Below, one piece after another: positions 28,548 to 37,925 of a stretch of DNA of 64,000 nt; position 1 is the stretch's first letter, and each line of letters opens with the position of its first letter. Below the pieces are notes generated by a model. That model saw nothing but the letters and a program-made list of their open reading frames with translations, was not told the DNA's origin and did no database searches. The stretch spans positions 260,948-324,947 of the forward strand of contig JAKITS010000001.1 in assembly GCA_021648085.1 (NCBI GenBank), given 5' to 3'. Position numbers and translations under genes: made by a program. This DNA is from Candidatus Magasanikiibacteriota bacterium. Lineage in GTDB: Bacteria > Patescibacteriota > Patescibacteriia > Magasanikbacterales > UBA922.

Positions 28548-29339
28548 TTAAAAATCAAATTTTCCTACTAAATAACCAACACCAAAAGGGTGCTCATACG
28601 AAAGATTTTTAAAATGGAAGTTTTTATTTTTTAAAATTCCAAGAAGTATTAGAATTGAACGATAGCCACATTCGGATGCTCCTTTTATTAATTCTTCACT
28701 AAAGTTTGAAATTCCCAGAGTATTTCGTGTTTCCAGAAGTTCTATTAAAATATTATCGAATTCCTTTCCTTTTTCGTTGAATTTTACAGGAGAATCATGT
28801 GTAAGTGAGTGAGATAAATCACCAGAAGCTATTACTGCAATTCTAAGACTTTGGTGAGAAATTACCTCTTTTAATGCACTTCCAAAATTTATATGTTCTT
28901 TTGTGGAAAATTCACTATAGCCAATTGGTAAAATTTTTACATTTGGTAGATGTTTTGTTAGGTAATGAAGTGGAATTGTAGCCCCGTGATCCAATTTTTC
29001 TTGGCTCACAAGTCGTGCAGGAGTTTTTGTGTGCATTTGTGCGCGTGAAACCAAAGCAGCTAATTCGGGTATTCCATACCATTCTTTTTTTGTAGCCACA
29101 TCTCCAAATTCTTCAAAAGAAGACATAAAGTGAGTATGAGCATTTACAGTAAAAGCATCCTTAAAAAAAGATCCGTGAGGTGAAATTGTAATAATTACAT
29201 TTGGCTTTGTCACATAAAGTTCAGCTTCAAGCTTTTCCATTGCTTCTTTAGTTTTTTTTATAACATCTAGCTTATCCTTTCCAATGTTTGGAATTAGGGC
29301 GGGCGAGTGCGGTGTAATTGCTGCAAATACTAAAGACAT
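28548..29339 (-). CDS. LigB-family class III extradiol dioxygenase-like protein (DODA/MEMO1 superfamily)
   Basis: 263 aa; SPHG, DHGATIPLHYL and IASGDLSHSL motifs typical of the LigB fold. Confidence 0.5.
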   Translation of the reverse strand: MSLVFAAITPHSPALIPNIGKDKLDVIKKTKEAMEKLEAELYVTKPNVIITISPHGSFFKDAFTVNAHTHFMSSFEEFGDVATKKEWYGIPELAALVSRAQMHTKTPARLVSQEKLDHGATIPLHYLTKHLPNVKILPIGYSEFSTKEHINFGSALKEVISHQSLRIAVIASGDLSHSLTHDSPVKFNEKGKEFDNILIELLETRNTLGISNFSEELIKGASECGYRSILILLGILKNKNFHFKNLSYEHPFGVGYLVGKFDF

Positions 29340-29340
29340 A

Positions 29341-31599
29341 TTAAAAATTATTTATAACCCATTTGCTTAGTTTATTTGGCTCTACAAATCGGTTTTGGTA
29401 ATCTGGATTTCCCATTGTTGTTATTACAAACTTTTTGCCATCAGATTTTCTTTCTATTAACATTGCTAAGTTTGATCCGGCTTCGTACAAAAACCCTGTT
29501 TTACTAGAAATTATATTGTAAGGTAAATCGGTGTATTCAAGTAACTCGTTAGTGTTATAGTCATAATGATGTTCTCGACCATCTTTATCAATAATTTCAT
29601 CATATTCATAGCTAGCCAGCCCCATTATTTTTTGCAAAGATCCATTTGCTATTACTTTTTTGAAAAGTTTTGTATAGTCTAAAACTGTAGATTTATTGCC
29701 TAAATCATATCCATAAGTGTCTGTAAAACTAGTATTCGAAAGTTCCCATTCTGTTGCTTGTTTATTCATCCTAGAAATAAATGAAGGCTCGTATTTTTCT
29801 ACCTCACTCACTAACATTTTAGCGGGTGTGTTTAGAGATGAAACAAGGAGTGCATTCATTATATCTTTGTTTCTAAAAGTTTCTCCTTCAGAAACGCGGA
29901 AGTAATGCATCGTAGATTTGTGTTCACTAGATTTGTATGTGACTGTTCCAATGTTTGAAAGTGTAAGTCCTTCTTGCAAAAGTCTGAAAGCTGTCATAAC
30001 TTTTGTAAAAGAAGCCATTGGTCGAATTACATTTATATTTTTTCCAGCAAGAATTTTTTCAGTTTCATATTCAGTCACAAGATAAGCGTCTATTGTTGTT
30101 TCAAAAACATCTCCCACAAAAGCTGTCTCAGTTTCAGGAGTTTTTTCCATTAAATCTTCTATATTGCTCGGTATTTCTTCTATTGTGGGTTCTTGTGCTA
30201 CTACTTGAGTTGTTTGGTTTACTGGTTGAATTTCGCCACGCAAATATATTGCTTCTCCAGTAATATGACTCATTCCAGTAAACTGATCTGTCCAAATTAT
30301 ATTTTTCCAGTTAAATCCAAGTCCGTTGAAAACATCTTCATCTGCAATGTGTCTTTTTTTACCATTTTCAACTACATAAATTTTGTTTGAGCCTGTGATT
30401 CCAAAAAGTGTTCCATTTTTAAATAATATAGCATTTCCCAAAACTAATTCTCCTAAATCTGCTAAGTTTACAGTTTCTATTGAAAATTCAGAAAAATTTG
30501 TTTTTGCTATCTGCGGATCTGTCACTGGCATGTAAACACCACTTTTAAAGAAGTAATATTTACCAAGTTCTTCTATCTTTAATAATCTACCAAGCGGATT
30601 TTCTTGGTTGGCTGTGATAGTTTCACCTATTGAGTAAGCATCCAAATCTGCAGTTGTGACATTCACAATTTCATCTGGATGATATCCAAGTTGTTTTACT
30701 GTTTCGTAGTTTGCAAATGGACGCTTATGGTCATAATCAAGTAGATAATATTTTACTCCATTTTTCACAACACTAAAGTTCGGAAGGTTTAATGGTTTGC
30801 CATCTTCATATCGTGAAAGCTCGGATGCAGGAGCTGTAATAATAAATTTTGGATCAAATCTGGAAATAAGAACAGACATACTGGAAATCAATCTTTTTTC
30901 GCCATCTTGGAGTAAGTATATTAACTTAGTTTCAGCGTCTTGAAGAAGTGTTCCGTCTGGATAGCGCTGTTCAAACCAAGTATTCCAAAGTTTCCAAAAG
31001 TTTTTGTTTCCCAAAATGTGAGGAGTATAAGTATATAAAAAAGCAGTTGCAGAACTAGCTGGAACTATAGTTTGCCCATCTATATTATATGCAACTGAAG
31101 CTTTTTTAATCCACGATTCGCTATATTGGTTGTCGTAATACCAACGCATAATTCCAGCCGCACTGTCCACTTGAGTTCCAAAACCAATATGTTTTTGAAG
31201 TGTAGGGTCGCTCATACTACAATTATCACAAATTCCATAGCCAGTTGCCCAATTTAGTTGTTTTTGTGTTGGGTTTGTAGTTGAAATTAAACTTTGTTCT
31301 TTTTGTAATTTTACAAGTAGGTATTTTGGATTTATCTTGTTATCTTGTGCAGAGCGATAAATAATATCTGACGCAGTTCTGTTCACACCATTTTTGTCTG
31401 GGCTTTTGTAAGTGGATAAAAATTTTCCATTTGCCAACAAAAAAGCTTGAATATCGGCGCGGTTCATACTGGAATAATTTTGTAGTTCGGAGTCACTAAT
31501 TATAAAGTTTGGATTGAAATCTTCTACAGCAAGTACAAAAGTGCTTGGGATGAGTAAGCCTAAAATTGCCAAAAAGAATATAATTTTTGTTGATTTCAT
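29341..31599 (-). CDS. Serine-type D-Ala-D-Ala carboxypeptidase (PBP5/DacC-like, S11) with long N-terminal repeat-containing extension
   Basis: Signal peptide. C-terminal domain with SxxK (MASFTKVM), SxN-like region and KTG (SSKTGF). N-terminal ~460 aa contains four tandem ~55-aa modules (K-x-Y-x4-G-x-KR-x-I...). Confidence 0.7.
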   Translation of the reverse strand: MKSTKIIFFLAILGLLIPSTFVLAVEDFNPNFIISDSELQNYSSMNRADIQAFLLANGKFLSTYKSPDKNGVNRTASDIIYRSAQDNKINPKYLLVKLQKEQSLISTTNPTQKQLNWATGYGICDNCSMSDPTLQKHIGFGTQVDSAAGIMRWYYDNQYSESWIKKASVAYNIDGQTIVPASSATAFLYTYTPHILGNKNFWKLWNTWFEQRYPDGTLLQDAETKLIYLLQDGEKRLISSMSVLISRFDPKFIITAPASELSRYEDGKPLNLPNFSVVKNGVKYYLLDYDHKRPFANYETVKQLGYHPDEIVNVTTADLDAYSIGETITANQENPLGRLLKIEELGKYYFFKSGVYMPVTDPQIAKTNFSEFSIETVNLADLGELVLGNAILFKNGTLFGITGSNKIYVVENGKKRHIADEDVFNGLGFNWKNIIWTDQFTGMSHITGEAIYLRGEIQPVNQTTQVVAQEPTIEEIPSNIEDLMEKTPETETAFVGDVFETTIDAYLVTEYETEKILAGKNINVIRPMASFTKVMTAFRLLQEGLTLSNIGTVTYKSSEHKSTMHYFRVSEGETFRNKDIMNALLVSSLNTPAKMLVSEVEKYEPSFISRMNKQATEWELSNTSFTDTYGYDLGNKSTVLDYTKLFKKVIANGSLQKIMGLASYEYDEIIDKDGREHHYDYNTNELLEYTDLPYNIISSKTGFLYEAGSNLAMLIERKSDGKKFVITTMGNPDYQNRFVEPNKLSKWVINNF

Positions 31600-31729
31600 A
31601 AAAGTTTGTTATTAAGTATCTATTATATCAGTAGTAAAATTAACAAACAAGAGGGGGGTTAATTACTTGATTTTTTATTAAAAATATGATAGTTTAATTT
31701 TATGTCCTTTAACAACAGGAGAGGAGAAA

Positions 31730-32860
31730 ATGAGAAAATTTGAGAAAGCAGATTTAGGTAAACTTCCAGAGAATTCTAGATTTCCATTATTGCATTTTGT
31801 TATTACACCAGATGTACTTTTTGATGAAGATGGTATGAAACTTTCAGGAATTACTTTTTTGAAAAAGTTTTTGAATCTTCATAAATTTGGACCAAAAGAT
31901 GACTTTGGATTTGCAGATACAAAAAGATTGCTTGTAAAAGTGAGTATTGTTGCACTGAAAAATCCTAGTAAAATAGGTGATTTTTTTGAAGCTTTAAAAA
32001 AAGCAGATTTTGAAGAATTTTTTGATCAGTCACTTTTTGAAGTTATTTTCATTGGAAATAACAAAAATACAAAAAATACACTTGTTTATCTTGTAGATGT
32101 TTTAAATGCAGATTTATTTTTGTCTGCAGACGAGGAATTGGTTAGACATGTTATGAATGAGGGTTTTCTCTCTGTTAAAACTATTCCAAAACGCCACCAA
32201 GAAGTAAAATCAGAAGTTCCATTTGTTTTGGCTATCGATTTTGATGGTGTTTTGGCTGATGATAGTGCGGATAGAGAATATGAAAAATATGGATTGGTCA
32301 GATTCAATGAGTATGAAACAGAAAATGAGGGTAAGCCACTTTTGTGGGGACCGTTCGTTGATTTTTCTATAAGATGTGCTGTTCTTCGTTCTGTTTTTCC
32401 AGATGATTACAGCATGTCTCCATTTCAAATTGTTTTGGCGACAGTTCGCGGTTCTACTAGGTTTTGTAGGGCTAAGCTTACTTATGAGCAGTTTAATTTT
32501 GCTCCTGATATGGTTTTCGGATCTTGTGGTGAACCAAAAGGAAAATTACTAGAAGCACTTAGTGTAGATTTGTTTATTGACGATAGTAAACAACATGTGG
32601 AAGATGCAACTAGAAATGCTGTTTACGCAGTCCATGCATTGTATGGATATAAAAATCGTAAAAGTCCTTGTTTGAATACTAAAAAGTCTATATTTGTTTT
32701 TTTGAAAGAAAAAGAAAAGATTGCGATTACTGGAAAAATACTTCCCAGAGTTAATAAAAAAGTCTCAAAACAAAAACCAAAAAAAAAAGAGATGTGGAAG
32801 ATTTTGATTCTAGTTTTGAATTTACACATACAGTATCTTGTGCATGTGACGAGTGCTTAG
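31730..32860 (+). CDS. HAD-superfamily hydrolase, 5'(3')-deoxyribonucleotidase (NT5C)-like C-terminal domain with N-terminal extension
   Basis: HAD motif I LAIDFDGVLADDS at residue ~170 and DD motif (LFIDDSKQH) later; N-terminal 165 aa unassigned; low-complexity C-terminal tail. Confidence 0.45.
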   Translation: MRKFEKADLGKLPENSRFPLLHFVITPDVLFDEDGMKLSGITFLKKFLNLHKFGPKDDFGFADTKRLLVKVSIVALKNPSKIGDFFEALKKADFEEFFDQSLFEVIFIGNNKNTKNTLVYLVDVLNADLFLSADEELVRHVMNEGFLSVKTIPKRHQEVKSEVPFVLAIDFDGVLADDSADREYEKYGLVRFNEYETENEGKPLLWGPFVDFSIRCAVLRSVFPDDYSMSPFQIVLATVRGSTRFCRAKLTYEQFNFAPDMVFGSCGEPKGKLLEALSVDLFIDDSKQHVEDATRNAVYAVHALYGYKNRKSPCLNTKKSIFVFLKEKEKIAITGKILPRVNKKVSKQKPKKKEMWKILILVLNLHIQYLVHVTSA

Positions 32861-32893
32861 AAAAAGATATGTTGAGTAATAAATAATAAAAAT

Positions 32894-32925
32894 AAGAGCG
32901 TTGTTTCAACGCTCTTTTATTTTAT
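32894..32925. terminator. Bidirectional rho-independent terminator
   Basis: AAGAGCGTTG-TTTC-AACGCTCTT hairpin with flanking A/T runs, between convergent genes. Confidence 0.6.
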
Positions 32926-33442
32926 TCAAAATAAATTGTAAGTGAATATTGTAATCAATGGTTGGTAAAAGTTCGTGATAATTTATTTTATGTTTTTTTA
33001 ATAATAAAGAAATTAAATCATCTATTTCATTTCTAAAATCAGAATCTACTGAGCGTACACCATCGTTAGTTGCTTCTAGGCCAAGTTTTTTTGTTTTAAA
33101 TACAAAATCATAACTTGGCATATGTTCTACAGCTTTTTTTTCATATTCATATAAATCCAAATCTTTTGAAGCTCTTTGCATATAAGCAAAATTATCTAAA
33201 GTCGCACGGTCACAAATCAAAAAACCATTTGGCAGGTATAATTCATTTTCAAGCCTAAACTGATTATCTAAAATCCATTTTTGTGCTTTAAAATTGGAAG
33301 CTTCGTTTATTGGAAAGGGACACTCGCGCGCAAGTTCATTTAGATAATTTACATTATTACCAAGTTCATTCAATTTTTCCGCTAGAATTCTGCCAAGAGT
33401 AGTTTTTCCAGTTGAGTGTGTTCCAATTAATGCAATTTTCAT
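32906..33442 (-). CDS. P-loop NTPase (AAA_28/NadR-kinase-like ATP-binding protein)
   Basis: Walker A IALIGTHSTGKTTL at N-terminus; 178 aa. Confidence 0.55.
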   Translation of the reverse strand: MKIALIGTHSTGKTTLGRILAEKLNELGNNVNYLNELARECPFPINEASNFKAQKWILDNQFRLENELYLPNGFLICDRATLDNFAYMQRASKDLDLYEYEKKAVEHMPSYDFVFKTKKLGLEATNDGVRSVDSDFRNEIDDLISLLLKKHKINYHELLPTIDYNIHLQFILNKIKER

Positions 33443-33539
33443 TTAATATGATTATTTAATTTTATAAAAAGTATATCATACTTGAAATTTATGCTAATGT
33501 TTATATAAAGGCTCTTTAAATATTTTAAAGGAGGATAAT

Positions 33540-33992
33540 GTGGAATTTCAAAAGCTGTATAAATTATCTGTTTTTATTTTTGTTGCAATCACTATAATAA
33601 TTGCAACAATTTATTTAAATGTCGGTTGTGATGATTTTAGAGACACAAAAATATCTATAGAATATGAAAATATGATAGAAGTAGGAGATATTTTTTTTGT
33701 AAGAGCTAGTGCATCGCTTTCACTTCCCGAAAACCCTATATTTTTAAAAGGAACAAAGCAAGAACATAGAAATTTAAATAAAAGATACTCATTAATTTTA
33801 GGGCGTTGGTGTAAATTAAAAAAAGGTGGATATTTCAAAGTTTTAGATTTAAATAAGGATGAAGACGAAAACACAACTATTACATTTATTTATATTTTGA
33901 ATGATTTAAGGTATCCCTCAAATAATTTTTGTCCGAGTGGTCTGAAAGGGTATTTATATTTAGATGAATTCATTTCAAAAATAGAACAATAA
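33540..33992 (+). CDS. Hypothetical membrane-anchored protein
   Basis: N-terminal TM helix; AGGAGG RBS; no motif recognised. Confidence 0.4.
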   Translation: MEFQKLYKLSVFIFVAITIIIATIYLNVGCDDFRDTKISIEYENMIEVGDIFFVRASASLSLPENPIFLKGTKQEHRNLNKRYSLILGRWCKLKKGGYFKVLDLNKDEDENTTITFIYILNDLRYPSNNFCPSGLKGYLYLDEFISKIEQ

Positions 33993-33996
33993 GAAA

Positions 33997-34026
33997 AGGT
34001 CGCAAATTTGCGACCTTATTTTTTTA
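33997..34026. terminator. Bidirectional rho-independent terminator
   Basis: AAGGTCGCAAATTTGCGACCTT perfect hairpin followed by TTTTTTT, between convergent genes. Confidence 0.65.
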
Positions 34027-34503
34027 CCAACCTTTTCCATTTCCATTTGTTGGTTTTTTTTGAGATTTTACTTTTTTATATTTTTCCACTGGCGTTGGAT
34101 TTTGAACAGAGAGAACTATGGAATTATCAACAAGAAGTTTATATATCTCGTCTGGATTTCCTTTGAAGGTAAAATTTCCTTTTAAAGTTGCAAAACTTTC
34201 TTCTAAATCTTCAGTATAACCTTGTGTGCAAAAACTTAATTCAGCAGTTTCTGCTTTTATACCTAAACTATTTTTTAAAAAAGGAATTAAGTCTGAAATT
34301 TCACTTAAAAAAGATTGCTCTACGCCGACTGCTAATTCTATTTCAACTTTCCAAAGCCACTGATTGCAGTTTAAACAATAATACGTGCCACTAGTATAGA
34401 CACCAGCATTTCTCATTATAAGAACAAGTTTAGACGGATTTTTCCTACATTTTTTGCAAGCAGAAAAAAAATTTCCACGAGATCTTTCATATTTATATCC
34501 CAT
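34024..34503 (-). CDS. Hypothetical zinc-ribbon protein
   Basis: Two CxxC pairs (CKKC, CLNC). Start chosen at MGYKYE, 6 nt after a perfect AAGGAGG RBS; the listed TTG-initiated 181-aa ORF reads through the leader. Confidence 0.45.
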   Translation of the reverse strand: MGYKYERSRGNFFSACKKCRKNPSKLVLIMRNAGVYTSGTYYCLNCNQWLWKVEIELAVGVEQSFLSEISDLIPFLKNSLGIKAETAELSFCTQGYTEDLEESFATLKGNFTFKGNPDEIYKLLVDNSIVLSVQNPTPVEKYKKVKSQKKPTNGNGKGW

Positions 34504-34549
34504 TTCTACCTCCTTTGGTATGTATATAGTATCCATTTTATTTTTATTT

Positions 34550-34569
34550 TTGTCAATTTTCATTGACAA
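34550..34569. promoter_or_regulatory. Perfect palindrome TTGTCAAT-TTTC-ATTGACAA forming back-to-back TTGACA -35-like boxes in a divergent promoter
   Basis: 8-bp perfect inverted repeat with 4-bp spacer, located between the zinc-ribbon gene (minus strand) and a small plus-strand gene; each arm contains a TTGACA hexamer, one per strand. Confidence 0.4.
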
Positions 34570-34620
34570 AATACTTATTTTATGATAAGTTTCTCTGTAC
34601 GCATTTACACAGGAGGATCT

Positions 34621-34773
34621 GTGAATAAGTTTTTTGAGTTCTTTTTGGAGTTTGTTTTATTTGTCCTTTCTTTAGCTGTATTTGCTTTTATTGCAAAAGC
34701 ACATTATTCTCATGTAAAAATTAACAGTAAATATGTTAAAGAGAGAAATGCGAGAAAAGCTCGCTTATTCTAA
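34621..34773 (+). CDS. Small membrane protein (50 aa)
   Basis: AGGAGG RBS 7 nt upstream of a GTG start; single TM helix; listed ORF 34582..34773 is the same frame from an upstream ATG lacking an RBS. Confidence 0.4.
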   Translation: MNKFFEFFLEFVLFVLSLAVFAFIAKAHYSHVKINSKYVKERNARKARLF

Positions 34774-34785
34774 ATTTTAAACAAA

Positions 34786-34818
34786 AGAAGGTTATTTAAA
34801 ACCTTCTTTTTCTTTTTA
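34786..34818 (+). terminator. Rho-independent terminator
   Basis: AAGAAGGTT-ATTTAA-AACCTTCTT hairpin followed by a T-run. Confidence 0.6.
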
Positions 34819-34868
34819 TCTTGATTTTTAGTTAAAATTGGTATAATCTGTATATATAAATAAAGACT

Positions 34869-35534
34869 ATGAACAAAGGAAAATTATACATTGTGGCTAC
34901 TCCAATTGGAAATTTGGGGGATATAAGCCAAAGAGCATTAGATATATTGCATGAAGTGGATGCAATTTATTGTGAAGATACGAGAGTGACTAGTAAACTC
35001 TTGAGTTATTTTAATATACAAAAAACACTGCAATCTTATCATCAACATAGCGAAGATAAAAAAGCACATGAGATTTTGGATCAGCTAAATTACGGAAAAG
35101 ATTTGGCATTGGTGACAGACGCTGGAACTCCGGGGATTAGTGATCCTGGAGGTAAATTGGTTGAATTTTTGTCTTATGAAAATATAGAAATGATACCAAT
35201 TCCAGGAGCTAGTGCGGTGGTTACAGCACTAAGTGCTTGTGGATTTCCAGCAGAAAAATTTTTATTTTTAGGTTTTCCACCACACAAATCTAAGCGTAAA
35301 AAGTTTTTTACAGAAGTTGCGGAAAACAAATATACAACAGTTTTTTATGAATCTCCTTATAGAATTCACAAAGCACTAAAAAATTTAAAGGAAGTTTTAG
35401 GCGAAGATAGGCAAATTTGTATTTGTCGTGAACTTACAAAAAAGTTTGAAACTATATATCGTGGTACAATAGAAGAAATTATTGCACAAGATATTCCTGC
35501 AAGAGGGGAATTTGTTGTAGTTGTTAGAAAATAG
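34869..35534 (+). CDS. rsmI: 16S rRNA (cytidine1402-2'-O)-methyltransferase RsmI
   Basis: Tetrapyrrole-methylase fold, YIVATPIGNLGDIS...CEDTR N-terminal signature of RsmI. Confidence 0.85.
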   Translation: MNKGKLYIVATPIGNLGDISQRALDILHEVDAIYCEDTRVTSKLLSYFNIQKTLQSYHQHSEDKKAHEILDQLNYGKDLALVTDAGTPGISDPGGKLVEFLSYENIEMIPIPGASAVVTALSACGFPAEKFLFLGFPPHKSKRKKFFTEVAENKYTTVFYESPYRIHKALKNLKEVLGEDRQICICRELTKKFETIYRGTIEEIIAQDIPARGEFVVVVRK

Positions 35535-35539
35535 AAAAT

Positions 35540-37066
35540 ATGAAAAATTTTTACATTAGTACATCTATTCCCTATGTAAATGGTGAACCACACATTGGCC
35601 ATTCTTTGGAATTTATTCAGGCAGATGTGGTGGCGCGTTACAATCGTCTTTTGGGAAAAGATGTATTTTTTGTTTCTGGAACAGATGAAAATTCACTGAA
35701 AAATGTGCAATCAGCAAATAAAGATGGAAAAGATGTAAAAGATTTTGTAGATGAGTATTCACAGAAATTCCAAGATTTGGTAAAAGATTTGGATATTTCA
35801 GTGGATGATTTTATTCGTACCACAGAAGATAGGCATTTCAAAGGTGCACAAAAACTTTGGGAAACATTAAATAAGGATGATATTTATAAAAAGAAATATA
35901 AAGGACTTTATTGTGTTGGTTGTGAAGCTTTTTATAATGAAGATGAATTGGAAGATGGAAAATGTCCAGAACACAAAAAAGAACCAGAAGTTATTGAAGA
36001 GGAGAATTATTTTTTTAAACTTTCAAAATATGCAGATAAAATAAAAGAACTTTTGAATTCAAAAGAACTGCAAATTATTCCAGAAAATAGAAAAAATGAA
36101 GCACTGTCTTTCATAGAAAAAGGGTTAGAAGATTTTAGTATTTCTAGATCAATCGAGCGTGCACACGGTTGGGGAGTGCCAGTTCCAAATGACAAAAGTC
36201 AGATAATGTATGTTTGGGTAGATGCGCTTTCAAATTATATAAACGCACTTGGTTTTGCAGAAGATTCACAAAAATACAAAGATTTTTGGATTCAAGAAGG
36301 TCAGGATAGGGAAGTGCTGCATACTTTAGGAAAAGGAATTTCTAGATTTCATGTTTTGTACTGGATTGGTTTACTGCTTTCTGCAAAAATTCCACTTCCT
36401 ACACAAGAATTTATACACGGATATATCACTATAAACGGTGAAAAAATAAGTAAATCACTTGGGAATGTAATTGCACCAAAAGAATTGGTGGAGAGGTATG
36501 GAGCGGACGCAACTCGTTTTTATCTTTTAGGTGCTGTTTCTAGTTTTCAAGATGGAGACTTTTCTTTTGATAAATGCGATGAGTATTACACAGCGCATTT
36601 GGTAAATGGAATTGGAAATTTAACCTCTCGTGTTTTGACAATGGCAGAAAAATACACCAAAAATTTAGTGCCAGCAGTAAAATACGATGTTTTTGATACA
36701 GAAAACTTTTGGGTAGATTACAAAAAAGCTATAGAAAATTTTGATTTTCAAAGAGCTGTAAAACAAATAAATAGTTTAACTGCAAAAGTAGATGGTTATA
36801 TTTCCGAGCAAAAACCTTGGGAAAAGGCAAAAGCAGGCGAGGATGTTTCTGGGACTGTTTATCAACTTTTGGAAGTGTTGCGTCATTTGGCTGTGGCACT
36901 TTTACCAATAATTCCTAGTACAGCAAAGCAAATTTTGGTACAATTAGACATAGAAAAGGAAGATTTAAATTTTGAACAAGAAACTGCGTGGGGACTTCTA
37001 AAACCTCAAAGCGAAATTAAAAAAGGTAAAATTCTTTTTCCAAGATTAGAGAGGTTAGCAGACTAA
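35540..37066 (+). CDS. metG: Methionine--tRNA ligase
   Basis: Class I aaRS: PYVNGEPHIGH (HIGH) and KISKSLGN (KMSKS); zinc knuckle CVGCEAF...CPEH. Confidence 0.9.
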   Translation: MKNFYISTSIPYVNGEPHIGHSLEFIQADVVARYNRLLGKDVFFVSGTDENSLKNVQSANKDGKDVKDFVDEYSQKFQDLVKDLDISVDDFIRTTEDRHFKGAQKLWETLNKDDIYKKKYKGLYCVGCEAFYNEDELEDGKCPEHKKEPEVIEEENYFFKLSKYADKIKELLNSKELQIIPENRKNEALSFIEKGLEDFSISRSIERAHGWGVPVPNDKSQIMYVWVDALSNYINALGFAEDSQKYKDFWIQEGQDREVLHTLGKGISRFHVLYWIGLLLSAKIPLPTQEFIHGYITINGEKISKSLGNVIAPKELVERYGADATRFYLLGAVSSFQDGDFSFDKCDEYYTAHLVNGIGNLTSRVLTMAEKYTKNLVPAVKYDVFDTENFWVDYKKAIENFDFQRAVKQINSLTAKVDGYISEQKPWEKAKAGEDVSGTVYQLLEVLRHLAVALLPIIPSTAKQILVQLDIEKEDLNFEQETAWGLLKPQSEIKKGKILFPRLERLAD

Positions 37067-37110
37067 GAAGGAAGAGGAGTTAAAAAGTTTATGTTTAATG
37101 ATATAAATTG

Positions 37111-37235
37111 GGGGATCCTTCGACTTCGCTCAGGATGACGTCTTTTTTTATGTCATATTGAGCGAAGTGAAACGGAGTCGAAATATCCCCATGCAATATC
37201 ACAAAATATAAATAATCAAAATAAAACATTAGTCC
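37111..37235 (+). repeat. Structured intergenic repeat element, copy 2
   Basis: ~85-90% identical to 20030-20157, including the long imperfect inverted repeat (GGGGATCCTTCGACTTCGCTCAGGATGACG / ATGTCATATTGAGCGAAGTGAAACGGAGTCGAAATATCCCC) and the AT-rich tail ending AGTCC. Confidence 0.6.
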
Positions 37236-37336
37236 AGTTTTATACTTTCCTAACCCAAACGAACAAAGTGAGTGATTCACCAAGCAAACAAAGAGCCTAG
37301 CGATTCATCATTCTTATTAATATAAAATTCTTCCAT

Positions 37337-37882
37337 ATGGAATTCCATTTAATTGACGTAGTTTTTATAGTCATAATTTCTGGATTTGCGTTTTTTGGGT
37401 TTTGGTTTGGTTTTGTTCATACTTTAGGTTCACTTCTTGGAACTATTTTTGGTGCTTTTGTGGCGAGTAGATATTACGAAGGTTTTGCAGGTTGGCTAAT
37501 GAGTATAATGGGGTGGGATGAGAATGCAACTAGAGTTCTGGCATTTATAATTCTATTTTTTACATTAAACAGACTTTTTGGTTTGGTATTTTCTATTTTA
37601 GATAAATTTTTAGGTGTAATTACAAAAATGCCTTTTGTTCGTTCGTTCAATAAATTCCTTGGATTATTGTTTGGACTTTTGGAAGGATTACTTAGTATTG
37701 GGTTGGTAATTTATTTTATAGAGCGTTTTCCATTGGCAGACAAACTTATGGAAAACTTAGCAGAATCTGTTGTTGCTCCATACGCCTCTAAAACAGCCTA
37801 TGTATTTTTACCACTTTTGCCAGACGCTCTGAAAATACTTCAGTCTACAGTAGATTATGTTGCAAATATCTTCCTAAAATAA
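37337..37882 (+). CDS. CvpA family membrane protein
   Basis: 181 aa, four TM helices, typical CvpA size and topology. Confidence 0.6.
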   Translation: MEFHLIDVVFIVIISGFAFFGFWFGFVHTLGSLLGTIFGAFVASRYYEGFAGWLMSIMGWDENATRVLAFIILFFTLNRLFGLVFSILDKFLGVITKMPFVRSFNKFLGLLFGLLEGLLSIGLVIYFIERFPLADKLMENLAESVVAPYASKTAYVFLPLLPDALKILQSTVDYVANIFLK

Positions 37883-37894
37883 ACTTCAATTAAA

Positions 37895-37920
37895 AAACTC
37901 GCTAAATTTAGCGAGTTTTT
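37895..37920. terminator. Bidirectional rho-independent terminator
   Basis: AAAACTCGCTAAATTTAGCGAGTTTT perfect hairpin with flanking A/T runs. Confidence 0.65.
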
Positions 37921-37925
37921 AACCT

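Noticed and set aside
34582-34620. Upstream ATG start for the small membrane protein.
   Set aside because: A perfect AGGAGG lies 7 nt before the in-frame GTG at 34621. The upstream ATG has no RBS and sits within the promoter palindrome region.
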